A DNA stretch of 64,000 nucleotides from Octopus sinensis (taxonomy: Eukaryota), in the NCBI RefSeq assembly GCF_006345805.1, contig NC_042999.1:27776001-27840000 (forward strand), given 5' to 3'. The notes under the pieces were generated by a model that saw only the letters and a list, made by a program, of their open reading frames with translations, searched no databases and was not told the origin of the DNA. Made by a program: the position numbers and the translations under genes. Positions 13,894 through 26,049 of the stretch are shown here, piece after piece. Numbering within the stretch: position 1 is the first letter of the stretch; each line of letters starts with the position of its first letter.

Positions 13894-13897
<4 letters not shown>

Positions 13898-14118
13898 TAG
13901 TTTTATTTTTATTTTTATAGCGTGCTTTCACTTCACTACCGAGCGCAGCTCTGTGTGCCTTGGGTATGTGCTGTGATTTGTTGTGATGCTCTGATGGTTA
14001 TTGTATGGAAAGTGTTCTGCGTAGGATGTGTGCAGTGCCTAGTAGTGCAATTTTCTGTATGTTATATGTGTTTGTAAGTCCTGGTGTTTTTGTTATGTAT
14101 TTGTCTGAATATTTTTTT
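13894..14118 (-). mobile_element. RLE-type (Dong/R4-like) LINE 3' end embedded in (TAA)n
   Basis: Minus strand reads KKYSDKYITKTPGLTNTYNIQKIALLGTAHILRRTLSIQ*. (TTA)n flanks both sides. Confidence 0.8.
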
Positions 14119-14147
14119 ATTATTATTATTATTTATTATTATTATTA

Positions 14148-14208
<61 letters not shown>

Positions 14209-14470
14209 GTTGTTGTTGTTGTTGTTTTATAGTATTGTTATTATTGTTTTATATTATTGCTGATGTAGCCCTGTTACTGAATGTCAACAGTCTTTTTGTT
14301 GTCGATAACATATTGGGTTCTTTGTGGCTAAGGAAAGAAAGTATTGTTGCTATTATAATTACTATTTTAATGCCTCTTTTCCCATAATCGATACAAAAAC
14401 AGCTATCCTTCTTATCTTTCGCGTGGCAAAATCAAACAAACAAAAAACACTACTACTGCTACTACTACTG

Positions 14471-14541
<71 letters not shown>

Positions 14542-14744
14542 CATTGTACCTATAGATGTGGTTGTTAGGATAAATTACCTTCTATTTTGTCAGATAATCG
14601 GTGTTATCAAAACCTCCATTCATGTGTGTCACTATCTGTAAGTCTATATGCCTGTCTTTCCGCATGCATACGTGTGTATACATGTATAATAATAATAATA
14701 ATGATAATAATAATAATAATAATAATAATGATAATAATAATAAC

Positions 14745-14784
<40 letters not shown>

Positions 14785-14806
14785 TAATAATATAATAATA
14801 ATAATG

Positions 14807-14843
<37 letters not shown>

Positions 14844-14860
14844 TAATAATAATAATAATA

Positions 14861-14903
<43 letters not shown>

Positions 14904-14968
14904 AATAATAATGATAATAACAAAGTCGGCAGTTGGGAGGGACACCACAGGGACAAGTTACAAAATGG

Positions 14969-15055
<87 letters not shown>

Positions 15056-15066
15056 CTATATATATC

Positions 15067-15136
<70 letters not shown>

Positions 15137-15399
15137 AATCGACAGATGCATGATAGATTTACACGGTAATTACGGTTCTTCATTTTTACCTGTTGTTGTT
15201 ATTGGATCGGTATTGTTATTGTTGTGAAATAATTTCTTGGTGAAACTAAATGAAATCTTCTCCAGGCTGTAAATCAAATCTGTTCATCGAATCTTTTATG
15301 TGTCGTTGTTGTTGTTATTGTTGGTGCTGTTGTTAATCTCATTCACGTTCCTTTTCTAGTATCAGCATTCACGGGTGAATATATTTCGGTCATTACTGA

Positions 15400-16745
15400 T
15401 ATTGCTATTATGTATTTATTTATTTGCTCTCAGGAAGTGGTTTTATGAGCGACGATTAATCAGGAAAAAAGTAGTGGGCTTGTGGTTCGACACCTGGAGA
15501 AGTCCAAGCCGTCCAACTGCATCGTTGGGCGCTGGACAGACGGACTGGTTAAATTGCTCGAGATCTGGTTTGGTCCTGACCTCCAGATGGACAAAAGCAG
15601 GAACGAAGTAACGAGCAGGGTGACTTACTCTCACCTAGAAATAGGCTGAGTGAAAGCTATCTCTGAAAGGTCAGGTAGAAGTGGCTAACGCGTATATCTC
15701 GTCCGTCGTCTACTATCTATTTCTTTACTACCCACAAGGGGCTATATACAGAGGACAAACAAGGACAGACAAACGGATTAAGTCGATTATATCGACCCCA
15801 GTGCATAACTGGTACTTATTTAATCGACTCCGAAAGGATGAAAGGCAAAGTCGACCTCAGCGGAATTTGAACTCAGAACGTAGCGGCAGACGAAATACTG
15901 CTAAACATTTCGCCCGGCGTGCTAACGATTCTGCCAGCTCGCCGCCTTTTCGTCTACTATCACTTGACTGTCGTGCGTTGTCCTGGCCTTGTGCGTTGTC
16001 CCGTCTGATTACGCTGGAGCGTATATTCTTTCGCTTCTTGCGGAAGGGACGCGTCCCAATAGTCATGTGGTCTATGTGGTGTCAACACACGCTGAGTGGG
16101 GGCCTGGGCATGCCGTGGTTGATGATGCGCAGACATGCAATGAGGCTATGATATCTCCAGTGCTTCTTTGATGGTGAACATATGTGGTCGCTACTCGCCA
16201 GACACGTATTTCTTCGGCCAGTTTCTTTAACGGAGCTGCTGTCCTGAGTCAAACAGAGACCGAGGGGGAACATTTGGAAAGTTGAATGCCTTCAAGTGCT
16301 CGCAGCCCTCAGCCAATCAGACACTGCGGTAGGTGGAACATTCAATTTAGCTTTTTAAAGAGGATTAGTGGAAAAAAAGTGCGACGACGTTCTTGGGGAG
16401 ACCTTGGGTGTTGAAGGAAATCAACTAGGCGCTCTTTTCCGGAGAACTTTCGATCTGGAACCGATGGATGGCTTCCAAAAATCTCTGGCCTGGCACTGCT
16501 ACCGGGGAGCTTTACCTGTTCGAGATAAACTTTACAGGCACGGAGGCACGGAAGTCTTGTCAGCTGAGCATGTCCGAATTGCGCGCAGAATGACGAGACG
16601 GCCCTGCATGCACTCGCCCAGTGCTCGAGCATTGCTGACCTGTGGGTTTACGTCGAACACCTGCTATCGTGTGTGAGACGGATCCAGCTGTGAACTGAAT
16701 CTATCGTGACGATTACCCCGCCACCTTCCTTTAACCAGGAAGGTT
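15400..16745 (+). mobile_element. Second Tx1/L1-clade LINE fragment, interrupted by a SINE
   Basis: Homologous to 12500-13640: WFGPDLQMD, KLSLKG.VEVANAYI, GGLGMPWL, FQKSLAWHCYRGALPVRDKLYRHG. Confidence 0.85.
15718..15949 (-). mobile_element. Family M SINE with 12-bp TSD, inserted in the Tx1 LINE
   Basis: TCGTCTACTATC at 15706-15717 and 15950-15961. Confidence 0.9.
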
Positions 16746-16976
16746 GTTGTTATATTATACAAACGTTGAACATCCAATACAGTACTCAGAGAATCCCGGC
16801 AAGACACGAGTATATTTACAATCGATCACCAGTGCACGTGTCGCAGTTCATCGACTGTTTTGAAATCATTACTGAAAAAAAAAGATTGAAAAAATGGAAG
16901 TCATTACAGGAAAAAGAAAATCAAACCATTTAAATTTAGTCGATTAATTTTTCAAATATATCTTATTAGAAGTGGT

Positions 16977-17401
16977 GGATCTTTTCGGTTTGAACGGCAG
17001 TTTTTTCTAACAGTTTCATATGAAATTGTCACCCATAAGTATGACCCTAGTATCGATCTATTGCATTTCAATCTATTTTAGGGTTAGGGTTAGTTAGGGT
17101 TAGGGTGGGGGAAGGGTGTCTTTTTTTCTTCACAAATGTAAATAAACCCAATCTGTTTCTTAAACGAGGGACATATTCATACGGCACAGAATGTTTTTTT
17201 TACCTCAATAGACGTCACTGATTGGTTGAAATTGCAGAAATTGAAGAAAAAAACAACAAATATCTTAAACTATAGAATTTCTCAATAAAGCCAAGAGAAA
17301 AAGATGTTTTATATAAACACCTTCTACCAGTATACGAAGTTTAAAATCTTTTAGTTACCTAGAAATTATGTTAAAAACTGTCATTCATACCGAAAAGATC
17401 C
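16977..17401 (+). mobile_element. MITE with GG...CC TIRs, 8-bp TSD and internal TTAGGG repeats (Merlin-like), copy 1
   Basis: TIR GGATCTTTTCGGTTTGAACGGCAGTTTTT, TSD GAAGTGGT on both sides, TTAGGG tract at 17078-17116. Confidence 0.85.
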
Positions 17402-17774
17402 GAAGTGGTCCAGTAACTTTGGGATAGCTACGGTTTTTTTCCTGTAATCACACAACAGCTAATGAATGGTGGTAAATGCTTTGATTATCTATTGAAAATC
17501 AGATAAGTCCATGTCCATGGTTTCCTAATAGACTCCTAGTAGTGTATGTGAGTGTTCTATGCCTTTGTAATACATTAAATATTCTATTTCAATGATATTC
17601 AGGTTTACTCCTTTTCTTGTTACACACATGGTAAATCGTTATGTGAGTGTGTGCACGCGCAGGCGATTGTGTTCTTATGTGTGTATATGCGTGCTTGTAT
17701 AAGATGAAGCTTTGGTGAATCTATCTCGAATATAGCAACAACTGTGGTGAGTGATATTAAATCTAAAAAAGAAT

Positions 17775-17805
<31 letters not shown>

Positions 17806-18073
17806 GCACGAACACGCACATACACACACACAGTCACAAATAACACGCTTGCTGTATAGATGGTGCATTTTGGCGCAAGACCAGACAGGATATATCAGAG
17901 GTGGGTGTAGATTTGGCAAAAAGACCCAATTATATTACGGGCATATGTATATTTGCATGAAGTGTAAACACACAAACACACACACACACTACGTATAAAC
18001 TACGTTACGATGTTAAATCTGTAAAGCATACCAGTAGGAGTGAAGAACCCAGTGGAGCTAGTCTAACACCATA

Positions 18074-18145
<72 letters not shown>

Positions 18146-18222
18146 CATCATCATCATTATTATTATTATTATTGTTGTTGTTGTTGTTGTTGTTGTTATT
18201 GTTATTATTATTACTATTGTTG

Positions 18223-18265
<43 letters not shown>

Positions 18266-18284
18266 CATCATCATCATTATTATT

Positions 18285-18315
<31 letters not shown>

Positions 18316-18357
18316 TATTATTATTGTTGTTTTTGTTGTTGTTATATATTATTGTTG

Positions 18358-18392
<35 letters not shown>

Positions 18393-18406
18393 TATTATTA
18401 TATATA

Positions 18407-18445
<39 letters not shown>

Positions 18446-18610
18446 TATTTGCATGTATATGCTGCCATTTTACGCCCTCACACTATCAAATAGCATAGAT
18501 CTGTGTTTAATGATTCTTTCATTCAAGCTCAACTCCTATAAACCTCTGCCATCTTTCCTTCTTCCTAACATTACGTTCGTTCTGACAAGCTACAACTGCC
18601 GGATTTGCTT

Positions 18611-18713
<103 letters not shown>

Positions 18714-18824
18714 TCTCTGTCCCTATGTCTGCATCGCAATCCCATGGTTTCGATTTCCCTTGCACCGCATCTTTGGTAAGTGTCTTCTATTATTGCCAAG
18801 AGTTGACCAATGCTACGCATTGTT

Positions 18825-19120
18825 TGTTCCTTCTCGAGCCATGCCTGGTTCATCGTGGCCAGTTTCCCGGTTTCCTTGGCGTATAGGTTCCCTACTTGGA
18901 CGGGACGCCGGTCCGTCTCAGGTGAGCTTCAAGATGCAGGAGGAAAGAGTGAAAGAAAGTTGTGGCGAAAGAGTGAACAGAAGTTTCGCCATTACCTTCT
19001 GCCGGAGCCGCGTGGAGCCGTGTTTCGCTCATAAACACACACATCACCCGGTCTGAGATTCGAACTCGCGATCCCTCGACCGCGAGTCCGCTGCTCTAAC
19101 CACTAGGCCAGGTGCCTCCA
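18825..19120 (-). mobile_element. Family R SINE, tail type b
   Basis: Reverse complement of the 6745-7030 element. Confidence 0.85.
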
Positions 19121-19304
19121 ATTCTATGCATATACATACATAAATGAAAGACTCTGGATATTGGTTAATTGATGTTCGGATTTTTTCATTATTGTTCATT
19201 CTGAATATCTTTATATAAGCTCCTTCCCATATCCTCTCCCTCTACGCTAATCGACGACTTTTAGGCTTTAAAAAGTTTTTTTTACTGGCACTAAGAGAGA
19301 ATTT

Positions 19305-19724
19305 GAATCTTTTCGGTTTGAACGGAAGTTTTTAACATAATTTCTAGGTAACTAAAAAATTTTAGACTTCGTATACTGGTAGAATGTGTTTATAAAACAT
19401 CTTTTTCTCATGGCTTTATTGAGAAAATTCTATAGTTTGTAAGATATTTGTTGTTGTTTTCCTTCAATTTCTGCAATTTCAACCAATCAATTTTCAACCA
19501 ATCAATTCTGTGCCGTATGAATATGTCCCTCGTTTAAGAAACAGATTGGGTTTATTTACATTTGTGAAGATAAAAAGATACCCTTCCCCCCACTCCTAAC
19601 CCTAACCTTAACCCTAACCCTAAAATAGATTGAAATGCAATAGATCGATACTAAGGTCATAATTATGGGTGACAATTTCATATGACACCGCTAGAAAAAA
19701 CTGCCGTTTAAACCGAAAAGATGT
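19305..19724 (-). mobile_element. Merlin-like telomeric-repeat MITE, copy 2
   Basis: Same TIRs, TSD GAGAATTT on both sides, CCCTAA tract. Confidence 0.85.
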
Positions 19725-20186
19725 GAGAATTTGGAAAAGTGTGACTATGTATGTATCTAAGTGCTTGTCACTCCCCCTGTGGAGAATGAAGCAGAATTTA
19801 CCTCTGACAATTGACTCATCATTTATATTCCTATTGCCAAAGAATTCTATAGGGCGGAAGTGGTGATTATAATGTTGAATGCCTTCTTTAGATTTGTATG
19901 ATTGGAAGTAGGAGCAGTGGTAAATTTGAAACCTTTCAATAGACGATACATTTCATTTTTGTTGAAGTCTCCTTTAGGGTCTACATATTGCGTCGGTTTA
20001 CTTTATGTTTCATTGGATCTTGGAACCAGATGTTCTTTATTTCTTTCTTTTTTTCATGGTCTTTCCTCTGATATTCATTCCTGCCCTCTCATTCTTCATG
20101 TCTTCCCTTTCTTTCTTTTTCCCTTTTTCTCCCTCTAAGCAAGCCTTCAAAAATTCCCCATGCACACTTATACATACATACATACA

Positions 20187-20220
<34 letters not shown>

Positions 20221-20224
20221 CATT

Positions 20225-20488
20225 GTTGTTCAGGGTTAAGAGCGCGGGCTCCTAACCACAAGATTCCGAGATCGATTCCAAGGAGTGACCTGAACAACAA
20301 CAACAACAATATTAATAATAATAATAACATCGAAAAATACCTTACGAATGAGAACACAGGTTCCAAATTTCCCCAAGACACCTGAAGAAGGCTGGAGGGT
20401 ATATCAGCCGAAACGTTGTGTTAACAACAAAGAAGATGAGGACAAATATCCGTCGAATGTAAATAATGTAAATAATGTAAATAATGTA
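20225..20488 (+). mobile_element. SINE-like unit with tRNA-type head, hammerhead motif and (AATGTAAAT)n tail
   Basis: Head GGGTTAAGAGCGCGGGCTCCTAACCACAAGATTCCGAGATCGATTCC, (AAC/AAT)n linker, hammerhead at 20377-20422, tandem 9-mer tail. Confidence 0.65.
20377..20422 (+). ncRNA. Minimal type I hammerhead ribozyme
   Basis: GACAC-CTGAAGA-A-GGCTG-(10 nt)-CAGCC-GAAACGTT-GTGTT. Stem I is ACAC/GTGT, stem II is 5 bp, and palindromic AACGTT replaces stem III. Confidence 0.75.
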
Positions 20489-20588
20489 TCAGAGGTGATT
20501 ATTTGATTTATCAGATCAGCATTAAATCGTGCGTTTTTTTAATTGTTCGACGAACCTGTATTTTATGTTATTTTTATAGGGAGGAAAC

Positions 20589-20652
<64 letters not shown>

Positions 20653-21244
20653 CACGCACAGAGAGGCACACACTCATATACATATATGCATATATACATA
20701 TACATACACAAGCACACACAGACAGACATACCTGTGCGTGTGTGTGTGTTTATGTACGTACATATATATGTATGTATGCATGTATATACACATACACAGA
20801 CGCTACTTTCATTTATTTTCTTCTATTGCTTGTTTCAGTCATTGGATTGCAGCCATAGAGGAACACCACCTTGATGAGTTAAATGCAACAAATTGACCCC
20901 AGAGCTTATTTTTGAAAGTTCCATACGTAGTCTATCGGTCTCATATGACAAAGTGCTTGCTACAGTAAACATAAACACGTAAACATCGGCTTGCGAGCGG
21001 TGGAGGAGAAGAAACATACACAATGACATATGCACGTTTTCGTTCTCGTTGAGTTCTGCGTATATATATTTATATATGCATGTATATATACATGTAGATG
21101 TAGGTACGTACATATATGTATGTATGTATGCATATATTTTATTTATTACACTATTGTATGACTGAGCGCCTTCGCGTCGATTCGATTCGATTCGTTCCGT
21201 TTCGTTTCGTTTCTTCTTCTTCTCCCAGTACAGTTTATATATAT

Positions 21245-21529
21245 ATCACGTGATCACGTGACCGACCAGGCTATCAGATGTTGTTACACATCGCTTCGCA
21301 TTGTTTTAGCCTTCAAATGACGCCACCCCGCTGGCTAAGCGCTCAGGCCAACAGAAGAAAGAGTGAGAGAAAGTTGAGGTGAAAGAGTACAGCAGGGATC
21401 GCCACCACCCCCTGCCGGAGCCTCGTGGAGCTTCAGGTATTTTCGTTCACAACGCCCGATCTGGGAATCGAAACTGCGATCCTACGACCGCGAGTCCGCT
21501 GCTCTAACCACTGGGCCATTGCGCCTCCA
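21245..21529 (-). mobile_element. Family R SINE, tail type c (ends TCACGTGATCACGTGA)
   Basis: Same head as the other R copies. Tail shared with 56222-56495. Confidence 0.85.
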
Positions 21530-21589
21530 CACACACACGCACACACACACACACACATATATATATGCCTGAAGTCAGAACGCCATGAT

Positions 21590-21787
21590 AGACCGTTAGC
21601 TCCTACACGCATTTTTTCCTTCTTTGTTTCTCTCCTTGTTTCTTTTCTGTGAATCTTTCTGTCGAAGAGCGTAGGCTCGAAACGTAAAAGACTTGGTCTA
21701 TTTCTATTCCTGAGCGCCATATTAATACATTTGCTTGTTTGTACTCCACCTGCCGTCGTCTTTTGTTTATTTTCGTAAACCTACCCG

Positions 21788-21790
<3 letters not shown>
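21590..21790 (+). mobile_element. Penelope-type pLTR remnant with hammerhead-like motif (21654-21691)
   Basis: TCTTT-CTGTCGA-A-GAGC-GTAG-GCTC-GAAACGTA-AAAGA. Homologous to 53236-53440 and ends in (TA)n. Confidence 0.65.
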
Positions 21791-21826
<36 letters not shown>

Positions 21827-22188
21827 GCATGTCCACTTAGTGGTCATCCCTTCTTATACGCATATATATATATATATATAAAATCTATGAGTTAGAGGTT
21901 ATGCAACCGTCTAAGGGATAAATGTATTTGTAGACACTACCGGTGTATTGCCACTACGTTTAGGCCTTGCTATAAGGTTAACAGTAGTTGGTAATTTAAA
22001 TGGTAAAACCGTGATATATTCAGACAGGAAAAGAAATGGAGCAACAATTAATAATTAGAAGGTGTTAAAAGGTCATAGTTTAATTGTAGTTCAAGAACAT
22101 TTACAGCTGCTTCAGTTTATTATTTCGAAGTAAATTTGCATTTATCTCGTTTCTTTTAGCAAACATCATTAGAATGATTTAGGGGAAT

Positions 22189-22221
<33 letters not shown>

Positions 22222-22311
22222 CACCACAAGCACACACACATACATATATACATATATATACATATATATATACATACATATATACATATATATATATATA
22301 CACATACATAT

Positions 22312-22348
<37 letters not shown>

Positions 22349-22844
22349 CACACACACATATATACATATATAGTTATATTTGTATAAGTAAATTATTCAT
22401 TTATACACACGTAATTAAATTAACTTTATTATCGGTTAAGCTTGTTTACAATTTGAAAACAAAGCGAAACTGTACCTAACTTGAGAGTGAGCAAAAATAC
22501 AAGTTCTCACAATCCGATATCTCATTATATAATATAAATACATACCAACACACACACAAGCGACAATAAGAGTCTTCAAAGACAGTAGCTCCCATAAATT
22601 CTAAAATAAAATTTAGGATTTATGGAGGGTCAAAGTTGGGGAAAAAAAGTGACACTGAAGATGTACAAGGAAACCGAACGAACACAAAGAGGAAGGGTCG
22701 TTTGAGCAGAACAAAAGGAAAATAGTGGACGCTGGGAAAAGACATGTTTTATGAAAAGAGAAAAGTTAGGAGAGAGAGAGAGAGAATCAAGTCCACTCGT
22801 TTTGACGTCCGAGCAGGAAAAGAAAGAGGGTCACCTGAGGAAAA

Positions 22845-23235
22845 GCAAGGCCATGTAGGGGGACATGGAGTTATGTACAGGGTGGTGTTCATTTAAAGAG
22901 TTCAGGCCACTTGTGGTCAAGGGAGACCTTGAACAGAGCGGTCGTCGGCATTTTCACTATCTCGTCCGGCAGCTTATTCCACGGATCCGCAACCCGGACG
23001 GAGAAAGCCCCTCTCCTTCGATTGAGATGAAATCGTCGCAGATAGTCCTTTTTGGAGTGACCCCGCAGCCGACGCTCTGGAGCAGGGGTGAAGAACAGCT
23101 CTTTCGAGAGGTTACACTTTCCGCTTATGATGTTGTGAGCAAGAATGAGATCACCACGGCGTCGTCGCTTTTCTAGAGAATAAAGGTCGAGCGTCTTCAG
23201 CCTTTCTTCATAAGACAAATGCTTGAGACCAAGAA
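22845..23235 (-). mobile_element. CR1-clade LINE 3' end
   Basis: GLKHLSYEERLKTLDLYSLEKRRRRGDLI...LRGH...FSVRVADPWNKLP...FK. Confidence 0.9.
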
Positions 23236-24189
23236 TGAATGTGTACTGCAACTGATTTACTTCAAAACAGCAAAAATGCAAATAACTGCAGCATCACAGG
23301 ACACCAGTATACCTATCCAGCAGAAACACGTGTTGGGTTGGAATTTGAGAACAATGATACCCTTCATTAGCAAATTGTACATTTTTTCTCTTTTTTATGA
23401 TGTCTTGTTTATCAATACTTCATTCTGACTCTTTCTCTTTTCCAGTCCTACAAGACATTTTCCTTTTCCTTTGCGTTACTCCATACTTAGTGTCTTGCAG
23501 TCACACGACCTCTTCTCGTTGAATATGTGCACTTATTTTATGCTCGAAATGAGGAGTAGATAGACAGCCGACAACTGATGAAGGGTCCTTTTTCTGTGTT
23601 AACTCGTCCCGTTTTCCATTTTTTCCCCTTTAAATATTTCACTTGTTTTTGTACTGTAATTATTATAACAATAATACACCGATGATTAAGTAAATTGCAA
23701 TATAATAATATAATAATAATGTATAATAATAAAAACGTATATACGTTTTTATTATCATATTGCAATTTACTTAATCATCGGTATATTATTGTTATTTTAA
23801 TTTTAATATTTCTATTATATGTAATTTTCTAGATGGTATAATTTGATTGTTCATTTTGAATTGATAAAAGGTGGGTTTTTTCTAATTTTTGTATATATAT
23901 ATATTATATTTTGTGAAATTTGATTTAGTATTTCTAAATTGAATTTTTCCCTGTAAGTTAGGAATAATATTCCCTCAAATAATAATTATATATGTATATA
24001 TATACTCTTTTACTTGTTTCAGTCATTTGACTGCGGCCATGCTGGAGCACCGCCTTTAGTCGAGCAAATCGACCCCGGAACTTATTCTTTGTAAGCCAAG
24101 TACTTATTCTATCGGTCACTTTTGCCGAACCGCTAAGTGACGGGGACGTAAACACACCAGCATCGGTTGTCAAGCAATGCTAGGGAGAC

Positions 24190-24366
24190 ATCACTTTGCA
24201 TGCGTTCCACGACTGCTTCCAACGGTGGAAAACGCGCCTGGACCAATGCATTGCTTCAAATGGAGATTACTTTGAAGCGATAAAAGTGTAATCGTGTAAA
24301 ACTAAGTGAATAAAATAATATTGCAAAATTCCGGTTTCTTTTTTGGGGTGGGGAGTACTCCCTCGC
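24190..24366 (+). mobile_element. Mariner 3' fragment
   Basis: FHDCFQRWKTRLDQCIASNGDYFE. Homologous to the 47964-48414 element. Confidence 0.8.
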
Positions 24367-24463
24367 ATATATTCCTTCCGGTCATTCAAAATGTGACCGC
24401 GTGTGTACCGTTGGCGATTTTTTCCCTCTGTCTTCCCTTCTCTGGATCTTTCCTTCTCCTATT

Positions 24464-24497
24464 TTTCTGACGAAGAGCTCCGCTCGAAACGTTAAAC
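24464..24497 (+). ncRNA. Minimal type I hammerhead ribozyme motif in a pLTR remnant
   Basis: TTT-CTGACGA-A-GAGC-TCC-GCTC-GAAACGTT-AAAC. Same family as the motif at 11338. Confidence 0.7.
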
Positions 24498-24614
24498 CCT
24501 CCTTCTTCCCTTCTTTCCTGAGCGTCCAATAATACTATAGTTGTTCCACGTCCTCGCGTTATTGTGTTTTTTTGTGCTTTCTTGTTTGGATTAACTATAT
24601 ATATATATATATAT

Positions 24615-24672
<58 letters not shown>

Positions 24673-24778
24673 ATATATATATGTATATATGTGTGTATAT
24701 GTATGTATATATGTGTGCATGTCTGTATATATATGTATGTGTATATATATGTATTTATGTATATGTAAGTATATATAT

Positions 24779-24847
<69 letters not shown>

Positions 24848-25282
24848 TGTATGTATGCATATATGTATATATACAGACGTGGTTATGTGGTTGTATAGTA
24901 AGAAGTTTGCTTCCTAGCCACAATATTTGGTAGATGGAAACTGAAAGAAGCCCAGGGTGAAAAAATGCACACACACACAAATATCTTCTCGAAATGTTCG
25001 TACCTCTCCTCATCCACCTAGCCATCACTCCACCCGGATTACCACTGGATCTTCATACTCTTTCAGACTCTACTTCCGTGGATCTTACTGGCTACTTTCG
25101 CTGTTGTATATCGCAGTAATCTACGACGACTTTTGGACTTTTTGAACTTCTGTCCTTTTCTCGAAACGTTCAAGACTTTTCCATTGTTCTCGAGCGTTGA
25201 GCTAATGCACCTGCTTGTTGTTCCATCGCTTGTCTTCGTCTGTTGTTTTCTGTAAATTTGAGCAATATATATATATATATGT

Positions 25283-25528
25283 TGTGTGATCAATAAGTAT
25301 CCGAACTGTTGCCATAGTAACGAAGTTAAAGCACGCAGAGTAAAGCCGCTCGGCACAGATTGACCATGATCTCTGCTATGCATGCGCACTAAGTTTTAAC
25401 GTTCTAGCTCACTTCCGCTATTTACAGCAGTGCTTGGAAGGAAGGTGTGTAGCGTGTGATCGTCGCATTGACAATAACAGAAAGTGGTGCAGAGAATCTG
25501 CATTGAAATTTGCCAAAAGCTTGGCGGT
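25283..25528 (+). mobile_element. Mariner 5' fragment
   Basis: TGATCAATAAGTATCCG TIR-like start, ending in QRICIEICQKLG, typical of a mariner N-terminus. Confidence 0.65.
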
Positions 25529-26049
25529 ATATTAAGATATTAAGATCTATCTTCTGAATAACCCTAAATTTTAACTTTTAACAATATGGCAGTGTTGTTT
25601 AAAATATTTAACTATAGTACCCCATGATAAAATTTCCCCTATATTTATTATCAATGGTCTACTTTTGGCTTGCCCCTTTAATTATCAACTAACATCTTGG
25701 TTTAAGATTTCCTTTACCAATTCTCATTATATTGCTTCAAATTAATCTTGATAGTTTTATGACTATACTCACTATGATTTCTGTCGACTCCCTCAGTCCC
25801 CTTCCTAACAGACACTGCTCCTTGTTCTTTGGCTTCAGATTCTGGTATACAAAGATTTGATAAACAATACTATAAATTAAAACAGCCCCACTACCAAAAA
25901 AAAAAAAAACAGTGACAAGCTAGATCTCTAACAAGTCTTTCTTCCTGACACCTTAGTAGCTTCTAAGCTGAAGTGAAGACAGCATGGACTTTGTCTATCT
26001 CCTTACCTTCTTGGAGGTTTTAGGTAAAATTATACTAATGTCTCCATCT

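Noticed and set aside
17078-17116. True telomere or chromosome-fusion relic
   Set aside because: The tract is short and sits at a fixed position inside a TIR element present in four copies.
21945-21992. Additional minus-strand hammerhead
   Set aside because: Both core boxes are mutated (CTGTTAA, CTAAAC), so it cannot be supported.
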